A program made the position numbers and the translations under genes. The notes below the pieces were generated by a model, which worked only from the letters and a program-made list of their open reading frames with translations, was not told where the DNA came from and made no database searches. A stretch of DNA of 64,000 nucleotides from Octopus bimaculoides (lineage: Eukaryota): NCBI RefSeq assembly GCF_001194135.2, contig NC_068993.1, forward strand, positions 32,845,370-32,909,369. The letters run 5' to 3'. Position 1 is the first letter of the stretch, and each line of letters begins with the position of its first letter. Below, piece after piece: positions 63,995 through 64,000 of the stretch.

Positions 63995-64000
63995 GTAAGG

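Overview
AT-rich, gap-ridden animal genomic DNA. The SINE/RTE/microsatellite landscape suggests an octopus; this is an inference from repeat content. One host gene is firmly recognisable: a + strand mitochondrial ornithine carrier (SLC25A15/ORNT1-like). Its three coding exons (47303-47378, 50603-50990, 63822-63994) splice in frame across GT-AG introns, and the gene continues past the window end. The first coding exon has an upstream splice acceptor, so the transcript starts further 5', possibly in the CpG-enriched 16-18.4 kb block. That block may also drive a divergent - strand transcript (candidate exons 15935-15978 and 11639-11765). Almost everything else is transposon-derived: a rearranged Helitron, non-autonomous Helitrons, a nearly complete Tc1, a decayed hAT, mariner, RTE, Penelope and R4/Dong remnants, four SINE families, several MITE types and a candidate solo LTR holding a 31-bp VNTR. 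None of the supplied ORFs containing X runs is real. I found no clearly novel biological system. The best leads are long hairpins in the SLC25A15 introns (possible ADAR substrates, one about 240 nt from an exon), hammerhead-ribozyme-like motifs, the internally duplicated Helitron, an 8-bp-TSD GG-ended element and an unidentified candidate exon. All coordinates were read by eye; repeat boundaries are approximate.
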